Part shown: piece by piece, positions 1 to 13,776 of the stretch
Position numbering within the stretch: position 1 is the first letter of the stretch
How the letters are laid out: each line of letters starts with the position of its first letter
Made by a program: the position numbers and the translations under genes
From: Eledone cirrhosa
Lineage: Eukaryota
Assembly: GCA_964016885.1 (NCBI GenBank)
Contig: OZ024756.1
Location: 34,410,001-34,474,000, forward strand
Length of the DNA stretch: 64,000 nucleotides
Reading direction: 5' to 3'
Notes under the pieces: model-generated
What the model was told of the DNA's origin: nothing
What the model saw: only the letters and a program-made list of their open reading frames with translations
Databases searched by the model: none

Positions 1-130
1 TAAAAATGAATTAAACCGCATAAGTAATGTATTTCAACATAAATTTAGTCACAAAACAGTCAAACCTCTGCAATTTCTTCCTAGCCATGTTTTTTTCCCT
101 ACATACGTCTAAACTGAACCTAAATCATAC

Positions 131-269
131 CACAATGTCCTCAAAAGTGCCAGAAAAGATCATGGGAGCACTGTCTCCTCCTGTAAGATAAATATAATAT
201 AAAATAATGGTTTCTTTTACCTGAAGCATCATACTTTCCAAACAGTAACGGCACGGTGAACTCTCCAGT
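131..269 (-). CDS. Possible two small exons (269-221, 180-131) of an unidentified minus-strand gene left of the gap
   Basis: Minus strand: ttttcctcctttatag|exon|gtaaaag, 40-nt intron ending tatcttacag, then exon. Spliced frame is open: TGEFTVPLLFGKYDASGGDSAPMIFSGTFEDIV(V*). Product not recognised. Confidence 0.3.
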
Positions 270-385
270 CTATAAAGGAGGAAAATGACACATGAATGTA
301 AGTAAGTCAAACAACAGTAGATTCTGTTATACAGGGTGCGGCAAAAATAACTCCTACATCTTAACAGTTAATCATGTAAAATATG

Positions 386-585
386 NNNNNNNNNNNNNNN
401 NNNNNNNNNNNNNNNNNNNNNNNNNNNNNNNNNNNNNNNNNNNNNNNNNNNNNNNNNNNNNNNNNNNNNNNNNNNNNNNNNNNNNNNNNNNNNNNNNNNN
501 NNNNNNNNNNNNNNNNNNNNNNNNNNNNNNNNNNNNNNNNNNNNNNNNNNNNNNNNNNNNNNNNNNNNNNNNNNNNNNNNNNNNN

Positions 586-661
<76 letters not shown>

Positions 662-665
662 AAAA

Positions 666-704
<39 letters not shown>
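386..704. other. Assembly gap (200 N, 386-585) followed by a ~120-nt near-pure poly-A contig end
   Basis: Directly visible. The round N count implies a gap of unknown size. Confidence 0.97.
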
Positions 705-707
<3 letters not shown>

Positions 708-969
708 TTTAAAATTCTTCATTGATTAATTGAAATAAGTCGTAAAAAGGTTCAATTAAAATCTTCCAACATAATTTTATATAAGAAACATAAGATACTA
801 TCTTTGAAATGAAACAATTAATTTTAGTCAATGCCTCCAAATTCTTCATTAATTAATTAAAATAGAGTATATTTCATTAGAAATACAGCCAGGAAAGGGT
901 AATCACAGTCCTGCCTGGGTATTGAATTGAAAATATATTTTTCAAATGTTTTCTGTAATGTTTTTTCAG

Positions 970-3900
970 GTGTCCTATTCTTTGGGTATGTATTTCTTCC
1001 ATTTAGAAGAATATTCTGAAGCCTATGAAATGTTCAAGATCACAGAAGAATCTTTTGTACCAGTGAGTTGATATATACTTTTATTCTAGTTTCAGTCATT
1101 TGATTTCTATCATGCTGGGGCACCATTTATTTATGTGTGGCTCTTGTATTATCTATTTGTGCATGTATATATGTATATGCTTGCTGTATTTTGTATTATT
1201 TGTGTATATGCCTGTTGTAGTTATGTGAATGTATGTATGTAAGTATTTGTATGTGTTGTATAATCCATTTGTATATATATATTTACATATGTATGTTGTA
1301 TTATCTGTGTGTATATATATTATATACATATCCCTAACAGGTAACTAAACAGGTTGGCATCTGGAAGGGCATCCAGCTGTAAAACATTGTTTCCAAACAT
1401 CCCATCCAAACTATGCCAGCATGGAAAACTGGATGCAAAAATGATGATATATATATATGAAGAATGTATCATCTCTATATATCTATATATGTGTGTGCAT
1501 GTATGTCTGCTGTTTTGCCTATCTGTCTATCTCTCCCCCTCTCTGTTAATTTCTCTTTCAATGTATATATTTATATCTGTATGAGTCTGTTTCTGTTTTG
1601 TATTCTAGAGAGGTTACTACTGCCGAGTAAACAATGACCACCTGAGAGGTTACCTGGTGGCCTGCTGTAATGTGTTGTCTGTCGTGTTACCTTCCTCTTA
1701 CACACAGTCTGCCTTTGAGAGGGCTGAGGAATCAAAGACCAAGAACCACGAGGTAAGAAATACACACATACACAGACATTAATAGACACAGGCACACATA
1801 TGGTTAGAAGCAAGAGACAGTGAGTTCAATTCTCTGTAGTGGACTGCTGTCCACATTTTTCTGTCCTTAAAGGTATTTTACCCAGTTTTCTAAAGTCATT
1901 ATACATATAAAATTTTTATATTTAACAGGGTTTAATTGATATTCTTATGGAAGACAACATTAAAAAGGAACTTTCTAAGGAATACCGTCACCAATTATTT
2001 GAAGAGATCAGTCGGAAACCAATAAGGTATCTATCTATATATAAAAGAGTATTAATGGAAAAATTTACCTTCTTTCATTCAAAAACCATATTCATTCTCT
2101 TACATATGAGAATTGTTTGTATAGATCTACCTTTGATATATATATATATATGTGTCCATTTATCTCCATCCATATATATATATATATGTGTCCATTTATC
2201 TCCATCCATATATATATATATCTATCTCTGTATTTATCTATCTATCAATCAATGAAGTTGGTATGTTAATATAAATATATATATGTGTCCATCTGTCAGT
2301 CTATCTCTATCCATATATATATATATATATATCTCTATCTATTAATCTATCTCCATATATATATATCTATATATCTTTCTATAATAATAATAATAATGAA
2401 ATTATTGTGTAAAGTGCTCAGGTGCACTACAACTCGTCAAAGGTGCATGTATAGTACATAGAATAATATACAAATGTCAGGGAAGTGAATAGTGTATGAG
2501 TCATGATATACATGTGTGTATGTGTATGGAGGGGGAATATTAGGTGTAGTGTTGGCGAATCTCAAGAAGCATGGAGGTTTTAAAGGATGTAGTGTTTCGA
2601 CAGCTAATCAATCTACCTCTATATATATATATCCATATATATCTGTTTATCAATCAGTGAAGTTGGTATGTTAAGTTTCAAGTCAATACCTGTAACATAG
2701 TATCAGATGTAATGGATGGTAAAGTGGTGATATCTACCTTTATGGATGAGATGAGAAGTGAAGGACAGAAAGGAGCAGAGTTCCTTCTTTCGGTAAGTTT
2801 ACTGCTATTTGCTTTCATTTTTCTTCTTCGTGATTGCATATTATTATTATTGTTTGGCGGAGGGCAGTGGATTGGCAGAATCGGTAGAGTGTCAGTCAAC
2901 ATGCTTAGTGGCATAGAGTTATGGCCTTTTACGTTCTGACTTCAAATCCCACCGAGGTTAGCTTTGTCTTTCATCTTTACAGGGATTGATAAAATAAGCA
3001 CCAGTAATGCACTGGGGTCGATTTAATTGACTTTCCCCTCCCCATAAATTGCTGGCCTTGTGCCCAGAGTAAAAACAGTTGTTATTATAGTCTGTGTCAT
3101 TACAGTGCTGAACAATTGCTGAGCAGTATTTGATCTGTTTTTTTACATTGAGTTCAAATCCTACTGGGGCCCACTTTGCCTTCCAGGGTTGATAAGATAA
3201 AGTATTAGTCCACTTCTGAGGTCAATTTAATCAACTTTCCCTCCACTCCAAATTACTTGCCTTGTGCCTAAATTAAAAAATCATTATTTTCTAGGTTTTA
3301 TCCCATGTTATCAAAGTTTCAAATGATATCCAAAGAGAATATTTGAAAGGGTTTACAGGGTAAGTTGGACTGTTAGTTCTTTCGTATTGGTGTTATCTGT
3401 CCAACATGGAATATCACATGATTGATATCATCACTATCATCACTACCCTCATCACCACCATAAACATTACCATCATCATTATCTCCATAACCACCACCAC
3501 CACTATCATCCTCACCTCATTGTATTTGTGTGTTTCTCAGGTATATGGCTCAGCTCCTACCCCGAGAAACCAAGTTTGTGGCCCTCCTCACCAAAAGTGA
3601 TGTCTATTCATATTCACTGAAATAGAACGTGTTGAGATGTTAAACTTTGAAGACAGAGAGGATGCATTCTGTGAGGAAATTTCCTGTGATTATGGCATGA
3701 TCTCATACCCAGGTAGGTTTCATACAGATAATTTCATCAACTACTGACCTTCTTACAGCATTTCAGCATTCATTGTTACTGGTGTTAGCAGTCATAGATA
3801 CCATCTTAGCATTCATTGTTACTAGCAGACAGTTATACCACTTTAGCAACCAATGTTACTGGCATTAGTAGTTATAGGTACTTTTTTAGTATTTTGTTTT

Positions 3901-6900
3901 CACATTAAGATTCAATGTTATTGACATTAACAGTCAGTATACCACCTTAGCTTTCAATGTGATTCTCATAAAAAGTCAGTTATACCACCGATACATTCAG
4001 TATAACTGTCATTAACAGTCAGTTATACCACTTTAACATTCAATGTAACTCTCATTAACAGTCAGTCATACCACCTTAGCATTCAATGTAACTCTCATTA
4101 ACTGTCAGATATACCACCTTAGCATTCAATATAACTCAACAGTCAGTTATACTACCTTGACAGTCAATATAACTAATATTAGCAGAGTATGATACCACCT
4201 TAACATTATCTTTCCTTCTCTGACTAAGAACTGTTTTGTTAACTGTTTTGATACCAAACCACCTTCTATGATACTAACTTGGTAACAAAAGGGTTAAAGT
4301 CTCTCAATTCCTTACTTACTTTGATATCTTATTATTATTATTTAAACCTCAATTTCAGATTCTGTATCGGCAGTAAGTGAAGCAGAACGACAGATCTTGT
4401 ATGAGTGTAACCCACAGAAAGTGGAAGATTTGATTATTAAGTTGACCCAGAAGTGGGGGAGACACCCCAACCAAATAATGGCCCTCACTGATGTAAGTAA
4501 TTCTCTGTGGTAGTAGAATAGGAGTTGGGTGGATGGAATGGTTAACAGTTCTACATTCCACTACTGTGAGCAAAAAAAAACAAACTAAGGGAACTTCCTA
4601 TTATATGCTTCATATATACATATATAAATATATCAACCAAGTCTTCCTCAATAAATTTTTCACTAATTTTAAAATGGAAAAAAATAATACTTATATGATT
4701 TCTGTCTTAGATGTTAGGATAACTTATTTATTCTTTTAATTAATATGTGTTTTTTTTTTTCTATGTTCCAACAGTGGCAAGTTCCTAAACCATTGCGACA
4801 GATGCTGGAAAGTATGCCATCTAGTATGCAACAGACTTATGCTTATATATTGGTTGGAAAATCCAGGCACTGTCTCAAACTGAAGGTATGTCAGACATGG
4901 GTTTTAGACTCAGCATTGTCATCATCATCATCACCACGATATACAACAGTATATATATAGAGTAATGTAAATGCTAAAAGGTTAAGGGGTCGATAAAATG
5001 AAGTACCAGTAACACACTACGGTCGATTTAATCGACTTTCCCCTTCCCCTCAAAAATTGTTGGTCTTATGCCTAAATTACAAATCATTATGTTATCACGG
5101 GTACAAACCAAAGCTGAAGCAGTATATAGACAGTATGCCCCCACCCTCTTCCCACTGTAAAGTGGTCATGTAGGTGTCATGACAAAAAAGTCACTCAGTC
5201 CACACTGTAGAATGGTTATGTAGGTGCCACAGTAAAGAGCACCCAGTACTCACTGTAAATGAGGTTGGTGTTAAGAAGGGCATCCAGCTGTAGAAACCAA
5301 GCCAAGACAACTTGTCTAACCCATGCTAGTGTGGAAGAATGAGCGTAAAATGGTGACAAAAAATAAAAGTATTTTAGTTTGAGGTTTCATCTAGATATGT
5401 AAATTTACAGATTCTTTCAAGCCATTTTCACTTTTCAGTTTTTACATTTCTACTGTATTACATGTTCATATTTTTATCTTTCTCTCTCCCTGTTCTGTTT
5501 TTTGTCACTTGTGCTCAGGCCTACAATATAGCTCGGGACTTATTAACATCTGCTATGATGGCCATAAAGGACTACAACTTTTCCCTCACCAAACACCACC
5601 AATACCAAATGTTGTTAGTAGATCTACACCAAGCTGATAGCACTACATGTACCAATGAGAAGTTACATGAGTTAGCTAACAAGGCTAAGTCTTGTTTAAA
5701 CACTGTCAGGTCTGGCCAAGGTATGTACTCTGTAATTGTTATTGCTATTGTTTGTTGTTTGTCGTTGTTGTTATAGTTGTTTCTCTTATAGAATATTGGA
5801 TCAAAGCTAACATATCGCTAAACAACAGCTATATTAGGGGTCTGTTTGATCAAGGCTGACATAGGGCTAAACAACAGCTATATTAGAGGAATGTTAAATC
5901 AAGGCTGACTTGGGGTTAAACAACAACAATTCCATATAGTGGTCTGTTTCAACAAGGTTGACCTAGGACTAAACAACAAATATTTCTTTCATGCTTTAGA
6001 CACTCCACCAACACCTGAAGTTGTTGAACAAGCTGCTGTGTTCTTGTTGAATGTCAAAGACTGGGAATATCTCAGTGGAATGGAAGGTTCCAGTAATGGT
6101 TTTATTGAGGTGAGGAATATAATTGTTTATTTAACATTACATCATCATGTTTGACTGTTTGTGTAGATGTATGTGTTTACAAATGTAAATATATATATTT
6201 ATATATATGTTTATATCTGTGTCTGAGTGTGTATATATATATATATACCCACACTTTAAAGTGGTCATGTAAACAACTTGGTAAAAAGCACCCAGCACAC
6301 ACTGTAAATGTGGTTGGCGCTAGGAAGAGCATCCAGCTGTAGAAAACCAACCAGAAACAGTCTTATATGAGCAAGGCACGGTCACCCGACCCAACTTGCC
6401 TCTAAATAGGAAAACCCGTCTAACCCATGTTAGCATGGAAGATGGACGTTAAACGATGATGATATCATCATCATTTTACGTCCACTTTTCCCTGGTTGCA
6501 AGAGTGGGACGATGATAATATCATCGTCCCACCCTATACATATATATAGTGGTAAAAAAACGAGAGATTATGTCCGAAGTTGGTAGAGCACTTAGTTCAA
6601 AGGACAAGTTTTGTATAGTGTTAGTTCCACAAGAAATTATCAAACCATACTTGAGAACACGTTACACCCAAAGGATTCTTCAAGTTAAAGAACCTTTCAG
6701 GTGTAACACATGTTCTCGACTATGGTTTGCTAATTTGTTGTGGAACTAATCCTTCATCATCATCATCATCACTGACACAAGTCTGGCCAGGATTGGCCAC
6801 GTCAAACCTTGCTCTTGACAAGACTGTAAATTTGGCCAGGGTTTTACAGCTGGATGCTCTTCCTAACACCAACCAGATTTGCAGTATATCATGTATTTCT

Positions 6901-7977
6901 ATCTCTAAGTGTTCAATCTAGTTACATATAGCATATATGTGTATGTTTATTTGTAGGTCAGTCTTCTGTTAGCAAGGGCTTGTAAAGAAATCAATGGAGC
7001 AAAGACAGCCCGTAAACCAGCTCGAGATTTCTGGGAAGCAGGTATATTATTATTTCTACTTAATTTTTTGTTTTGTTTGTGCAGTGATGTGTGTGTGTGG
7101 GGTGGGGGGGGGGGGGCATTAGATTGTCAGTATTTGCTCTGGTTCTGTGCACTGAGTTGAAATACTACCCACGTCAACTTTTCCTTTCACATATATATAT
7201 ATAAATAAAAATGTTGTCTCTGATCAAGACGAAGTGAGAGTATATTTGATTGAAAACTCATTGCTAGAACAGCCATTAAAACAGCTAAATGCTTTAACAG
7301 CTGTTCTATCGATGAGTTCTCTCATTTTTATATGTATTATATATATATATATATATATATATATTTAAGAGTTAAACAAGGTTCAATGAATACATCAAAG
7401 AATGAGTTTTACAATAGATTGGAAGCACTCAACTGAGAGGTTTTCCAGAGTTATTAATATTAATTCAAAATATTAACAAAATAGATTCACTACCTTGACT
7501 GAATCTTAACCATCTACTATGTCAGGGTATGTCATGTATCATTTTATTTTATCTGATGAGGACGTACTGTTGAACTTAACTCAGTACCTCTGAAATATGT
7601 ATAATAAAATATAATTGATCACAAGAATATCTATTTTGTTAATATTTTGAATTAATATTATATATATATATATAGGAAGGCTAAGACAATGCGAAATGGA
7701 CAGTAAAATGAAGGTAATGAAAAAGTTAGCTGGTATTTATTATTATTATCTTTCTTTCTTATATATATATATATTCTTTATCTTTTCATTGATCTCCAGT
7801 GGGGAATATCTTTTCTGACAATCTTTCTCAGAAAAGATCGATCACAGGTCGTGAAACTATGATACATCGTAACAACTCCCTGGCTGTGATGTCAAAGGAA
7901 AGTTTCTGTCAGTTTATCAAGAAAATCAAGGTATGAAGGAATCTATTCAGAATTTATTTCTTCATTTTTCTTTTGTT

Positions 7978-8008
<31 letters not shown>

Positions 8009-10852
8009 TAACAACCATCATCATCCCCATCGCTATCACAATATGAGACAATGTTGACCCTTTAATTACACGTATAATCCATCCAACAATCTTCTATACA
8101 GTTACTGTCTATATAATTTCTCGCAAAATTCAAGTCTTTTGTGTAATGTTGCTTGATAGGGTGGATAGGTTGGAAATCAGGGTGTTACTCCAGGTAGAGC
8201 CACTACTTCTCCACATCGAGAGATCACAACTTCAGTACTATGGACATGTAGTTAGAATTTATAAGGGAAGACTCTTCGGACAGAATTTATGGGCAAAACC
8301 AACTGGCAGGAGGCCCAGAGATAAACCTAGTGCAAGATTGTTGGATAACATTCATAACCTTTTTGGTTTTGCCTAGGTATCCATCTGCATCGTTAGGAGA
8401 TAGATGCTTCTGATAGGACCCTTTGGAAGGAATGTCTGAGGACTCTGCACCCATGATCTTCACAGGAATAAGTGGGTGAAGAAGAAGGTTTAGATCAACC
8501 CAAGTATATAGTTAAAATATATTTATACAAGATACCATACAGTGGTATTGACTCCAGGTCCTTAAATTGATTTAATGATGATATCTGAAATCGACCCTAT
8601 GACAGTTTATCATCACCTTACTGTTTTCTTTTTCAGGAACCTACCTTGCTTAGTTTCATAATTTCCTGTTTGACCAAACTATACAATATCTTAAAGGTCA
8701 GTAACCAGATTTTACTCAGTTTTTAGTCTTTCTGTTTTCATTTTAAAAACAAATTTCATACTTTGTTTTAAATCAGTTTTATATTTAACACTTTTTATAC
8801 CAACCCGACCCCAAACGGCTCTGGTTTTATCAAATACACCCACTCATTTTAAAGTGTTCCAATTTGAGTTTAAAATTTCCGATGTAGTTTAATATTAAAA
8901 TCATGTTATGTTACAAATACTGTCTAAATAATGATATAAATTTTTTATTAATTTCTCCAAAGGTTTCATTAATTAATCAAAATGCAGTGTATTTCATTAA
9001 AAATATCACGAAAGGGTTAAACTTTTCATGACCATATTTCTAATGTAAGACACTGCCTATGATTTTCAAATGAGTTTGTATTATTAATCTAGTGTTTGAA
9101 ACATAACTTGACAAAGGTTCCTACATGGGAAAATTTTTAGGTAAAATATAAATGGTTTGTGAAGCTAAGAGAAATAACTCCAATCTTATTTAAGTTGTTT
9201 CCCTTAATTATTAATATTTTTTTTATATATATATAATAGATATAGATATAGATAGATATTGAAATTTATGAGAAGGAAGCTTTATCAAAATGTTTTTACT
9301 ATAGAGAAATAGTCCAAATAATAGGGCATATAAAACCCCTTAAAATAGGCATTAGCATATGTGGGAGTCAAACTCACACCTTCATGCTTGCCACGCAGAA
9401 ATGCTACCATTTCTAAACGTTTGTTAAACACAGGTTCATATATATATATATAGAGAGAGAGAGATTGGGGGTTATTGGTTTAGACTAGTAAGCCTATGTT
9501 CAGCTAAGTACTCAATACTTGGGAAAGTAGAGTGTATATATAGTTTCAGCAGCGTGAGCTCAGCTGTCGGGCACTAATTTTTCACTATATATATATATAC
9601 GCTCATTCTTTTACACGTTCCAGTCGACAGGCTGAGGCCATGCTGGGGCACCTCCCATTGACACTACACTTATGTATATATTTAATTACCATTTAAGTTT
9701 GCTGATACATTCTTCCATGAATATAAGTCTTGTTTCTGTTTTCCAGGACAATATCAGCAGTGAAATCTTCAGTAATTACATTACTATTTGGCCAACCACT
9801 ATTAACAAGTAAGAGTTCTTTGTATTTTTAAAACAGATATAGCTTACCTACACAACGAAAAAGGTTTAATTATAGACATAATTGTTGTTATGCTCAATCT
9901 TTGCTTGCTGGGAAATCCTTTTATAAGTTGTGCTTTCCATAATTTTTTACATTGTTTTTTCTGGCTGGATACAGTGTGGACTAGGGGTATTTTATCATGT
10001 CACCAGCACTAGAGAGGTTGTCTGACAAGAGTTAAGGGCCTTCACTACCCTGTTTTAGTTTTTATTTGGAGTAACTGCTCTCCTAGATGGGTTGCTTGCC
10101 TCCACTACGGCTTACAGAGACCACGGTGGACATTAAATGATAATGATTATGATGAATCTGTTGTAAATCCTGTAATGATATTGGCTGTGCAAGTCTTTAA
10201 AATGTGTTGTTGTTGTTTTTCTACTAGTACCAGTGCCATGGATACAGTGGCCCTCGCTGAGTGTGTGACCTTTCTACTACAACATGCTCTAACTGAGGAT
10301 CCATTAAACCCTTCATGGTTGAGGACACAAGCAGATATTCAATTTGGTAAGGTGAAATTCTTTCTTCTTTGTTTTGCATTTAAAAAATTTGTTTGTAGTA
10401 TTAAATCTTTATCTCCATTATTATATATATATAGGGCGGTGAATTGGCAGTATCGGTAGAGGGTTGGACGCCATGCTTTCTAGCATAGTTATGTCCTTTT
10501 ACAGTCCGAGTTCAAATCCCGCTGAGGTTAACTTTGCCTTTCATCCTTGCGGGGTCGATAAAATAAAGTACCAGTAATGTACTGGGTATTTGCTGGCCTT
10601 GTGCCTAAAGTAGAAACAATTATATATATATAGCCACTACATTATTTATATATATATATATTTGTAGTGGCCACTGGCCACATTTTTCCATCTATAGGGG
10701 TATTTTACCCGATTTTCTAAGCTATTGTTTATAACAATTGACTGTTTGCAATTATTTTTTGTGTTTGGGACTCGTATATCTATGAATTTCATAACTACCC
10801 AGCACTTCAATATTTATATATATATATATATATATATACACACCCCCATATC

Positions 10853-10913
<61 letters not shown>

Positions 10914-11682
10914 TATTGCCTATTTTCTACAGCTCATAACCAGTATAGTTGTGCAATGAAGTATTACTTGGAGGCTGGTCTTGCATCGTCAAATTACTTT
11001 TCCATACCTGTACCACATCCCATATATGATGAACAGGTAAGTCAGATACTTTCTCACCTTTCATAATTTGTTGTTATGATGTATATAATCTGTTGAGATG
11101 GTTGGAAGGTGTAATTCTATTAAATTGTGAACTGAAAGGTCTTAGGTTCAAGTTTATTCATCCTACCAACTACCATATCTGTAAATATGTTTTTTTTCTC
11201 TTCAGTTTTGCAACTCAGTTTATAAAAAAATAGAAATATCCAATAATGAATTTTTTTTTTTTTTTTTTTTTCTTTCTTTTACTCCAACAGGTGTACAGAA
11301 AGATGATTAAATGTTGTTCTTACCTACAATGTCACACACAGGTATGTCATTATAGTCACAGTTGCTCTGTTTGTCACACTCACATTGTCTATTTGTGACA
11401 TTGTTTAAATGTTACAATCAACTATATATATATATATATATATATAAATATATATATATAGATATATATAGATAGAAAGCACTGAAACAATAAAACAACA
11501 TATCTCTAGCAGTTGACTGATGTGATGGGACAGTCTGCATTCATTCATTTTCCTGTCTTTGCTCATATATATATATATGTATGTATATACTGTGTGTGTA
11601 TATATATATATATACTGTATGTGTGATGAAAGAGTTTTGACAATATATAAACAACCATCTAGTTATTGAACCAACCAACCAG

Positions 11683-11725
<43 letters not shown>

Positions 11726-12318
11726 CACTGTATAAACATATAATGTTGTTTCTCTCAATTTCACAGGTGGCCATCCTTTGTCAGTTTTTAGAAAACATTG
11801 ACTACGCCACAGCCTTTAAAGCTCTTCAAGAGACGACGATATATGATGCCCAAGATACATACTATTACTTTATCTGGGACCTCAGTATTCTGGAATTTCT
11901 ATCACGTATCCTTTGTTTTAGGTTTTTAACAAACCACTAGATTGTTGTTTAACTTATGCCAGCATAGAACATCATCATCATTGCTTAATGTTTGTTTTCT
12001 TTGCTAAGAAAGGTTTGACATGTTATCACAGACTGGCCAGTACTCAAGCAGAGCCCCTAACTTACAGGTGGGTCAGGGACCCGACATACAATCCATTGCT
12101 TTACCATGTACGTTTTATCATAGCACCAGCACTTGAGAAGTGGTCATATCCTTGGCACAACTTAAGTGTCATCCCTACCTATTGTTTGACAAGTTTTCTA
12201 TGGCTGGATGCCCTTCCTATCATCAGAAAATGGACATTAAAGGATGATGATAAATATATGTATTTCATAACTTTCAGCTAGTATTGGCCCCGGCCATGTC
12301 CAACTTAATAGGACCACC

Positions 12319-12366
<48 letters not shown>

Positions 12367-13739
12367 AGTTCTACAACAAGCTAGCAAACCATATTTGAGG
12401 GCACGCATTTCACCCAACAGATTTTCAACCCAAAACACAACCTCACTCAGGTTGAAAATCTGTTGATTGAAACATGCATCCTCAAGTATGGTTTGCTAAT
12501 TTGTTGTGGAACTAACTCTATACCGAACATGTCCTCTGGACTAAGTACTAAAGATATAAGCTCCCAGTTTTTTATCACTATATATATATATTTCAAAATG
12601 TGTCTTTGCTATAGATCAAGGAACCATGGCTCATGAAGTATAACCATAAAACAGTTGTGCATTAATCAGATATATAACCACTCAAAGCAGAACAAAATGG
12701 ATAAATACTTCATGCGATTATCCACTGTTTTTTCTACTTTAAGACTTTATATCCTTGGTTTATTTGCAACTTTTTCAGTTCTAAAACACGTCATGGTTCT
12801 TTCCTCTACAGCAAAAACACATTTTGAAATTTCTGTTTCCCACATGCTTCAAAAACTTTCTATTTATATATATATATAAATATATACATACACCCACCTG
12901 ATCCCACTCATTTACTTGCATTTGTATTTTTGTCTCTGTCTATATATGTATATATATATAGACAAACTAATTCACTCACTTGTGCATTTTAACTCAATGA
13001 TCTTGTTTAAATACTGGATAACTCCTTGACTCACAAATGACAAATTTATCCAATTGGGGTGGTCATATATGTAACAACCACAGTAGCATTGATGTATCTG
13101 TAATGATGATGATGATGATGATAGTAATAGTGATGGGGATTGTGGTGTTGATGGTAATGGTAGTAGTGGTGCTGGTGGTGGTGGTGATTATGTTGTTGGT
13201 AGTAGCAGTGATGATGTTGGTGGTAGTAACAGTGATGGTATTGGTGGTGATTATGTTGTTGGTAGTAGCAGTGATGGTGCTGGCGATAGTGTTGGTGGTA
13301 GTAGCAGTGGTGGTGGTTTCACTTGGCCACAAATAGAATCTGACTGTTTAAGTTGTGTTTGTCCAAAATTTAGGTCTTTTGACCCAATTCTTGCTTCGTG
13401 AAAAAAATTTAAAGAAATTTCAAGAGTTTCAGAGATTCAATCTAAATTTGGATAAGTACGGAAAATTAAACATTCTGTTGGATTTTTAAGTATTTATTTG
13501 TCATTATTATTATTAGAATACCAGTTAAGTACTGGGGTCAATAGCATTGACTTCCCACTCTTCCGCAAATTGCTGGCCTTGTGCCTAAATTAAAAACCAT
13601 TATTATTATTATTATTCTGTAGTGAACAAAGCTGTGTGTGTGTATGTATATATATATATATATTTGTGTGTGTATATATATCTAAAATGAAAAAAAACCA
13701 AGGTTAACGACTTAAATCCATTCTTCCATCATAATCACT

Positions 13740-13776
<37 letters not shown>

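Noticed and set aside
292-722. Poly-K / poly-F ORFs
   Set aside because: Artefacts of the N gap and the poly-A run.
9355-9415. tRNA-like sequence (minus strand) and the A/B boxes in SINE heads
   Set aside because: No complete cloverleaf or acceptor stem; these are tRNA-derived repeat heads, not tRNA genes.
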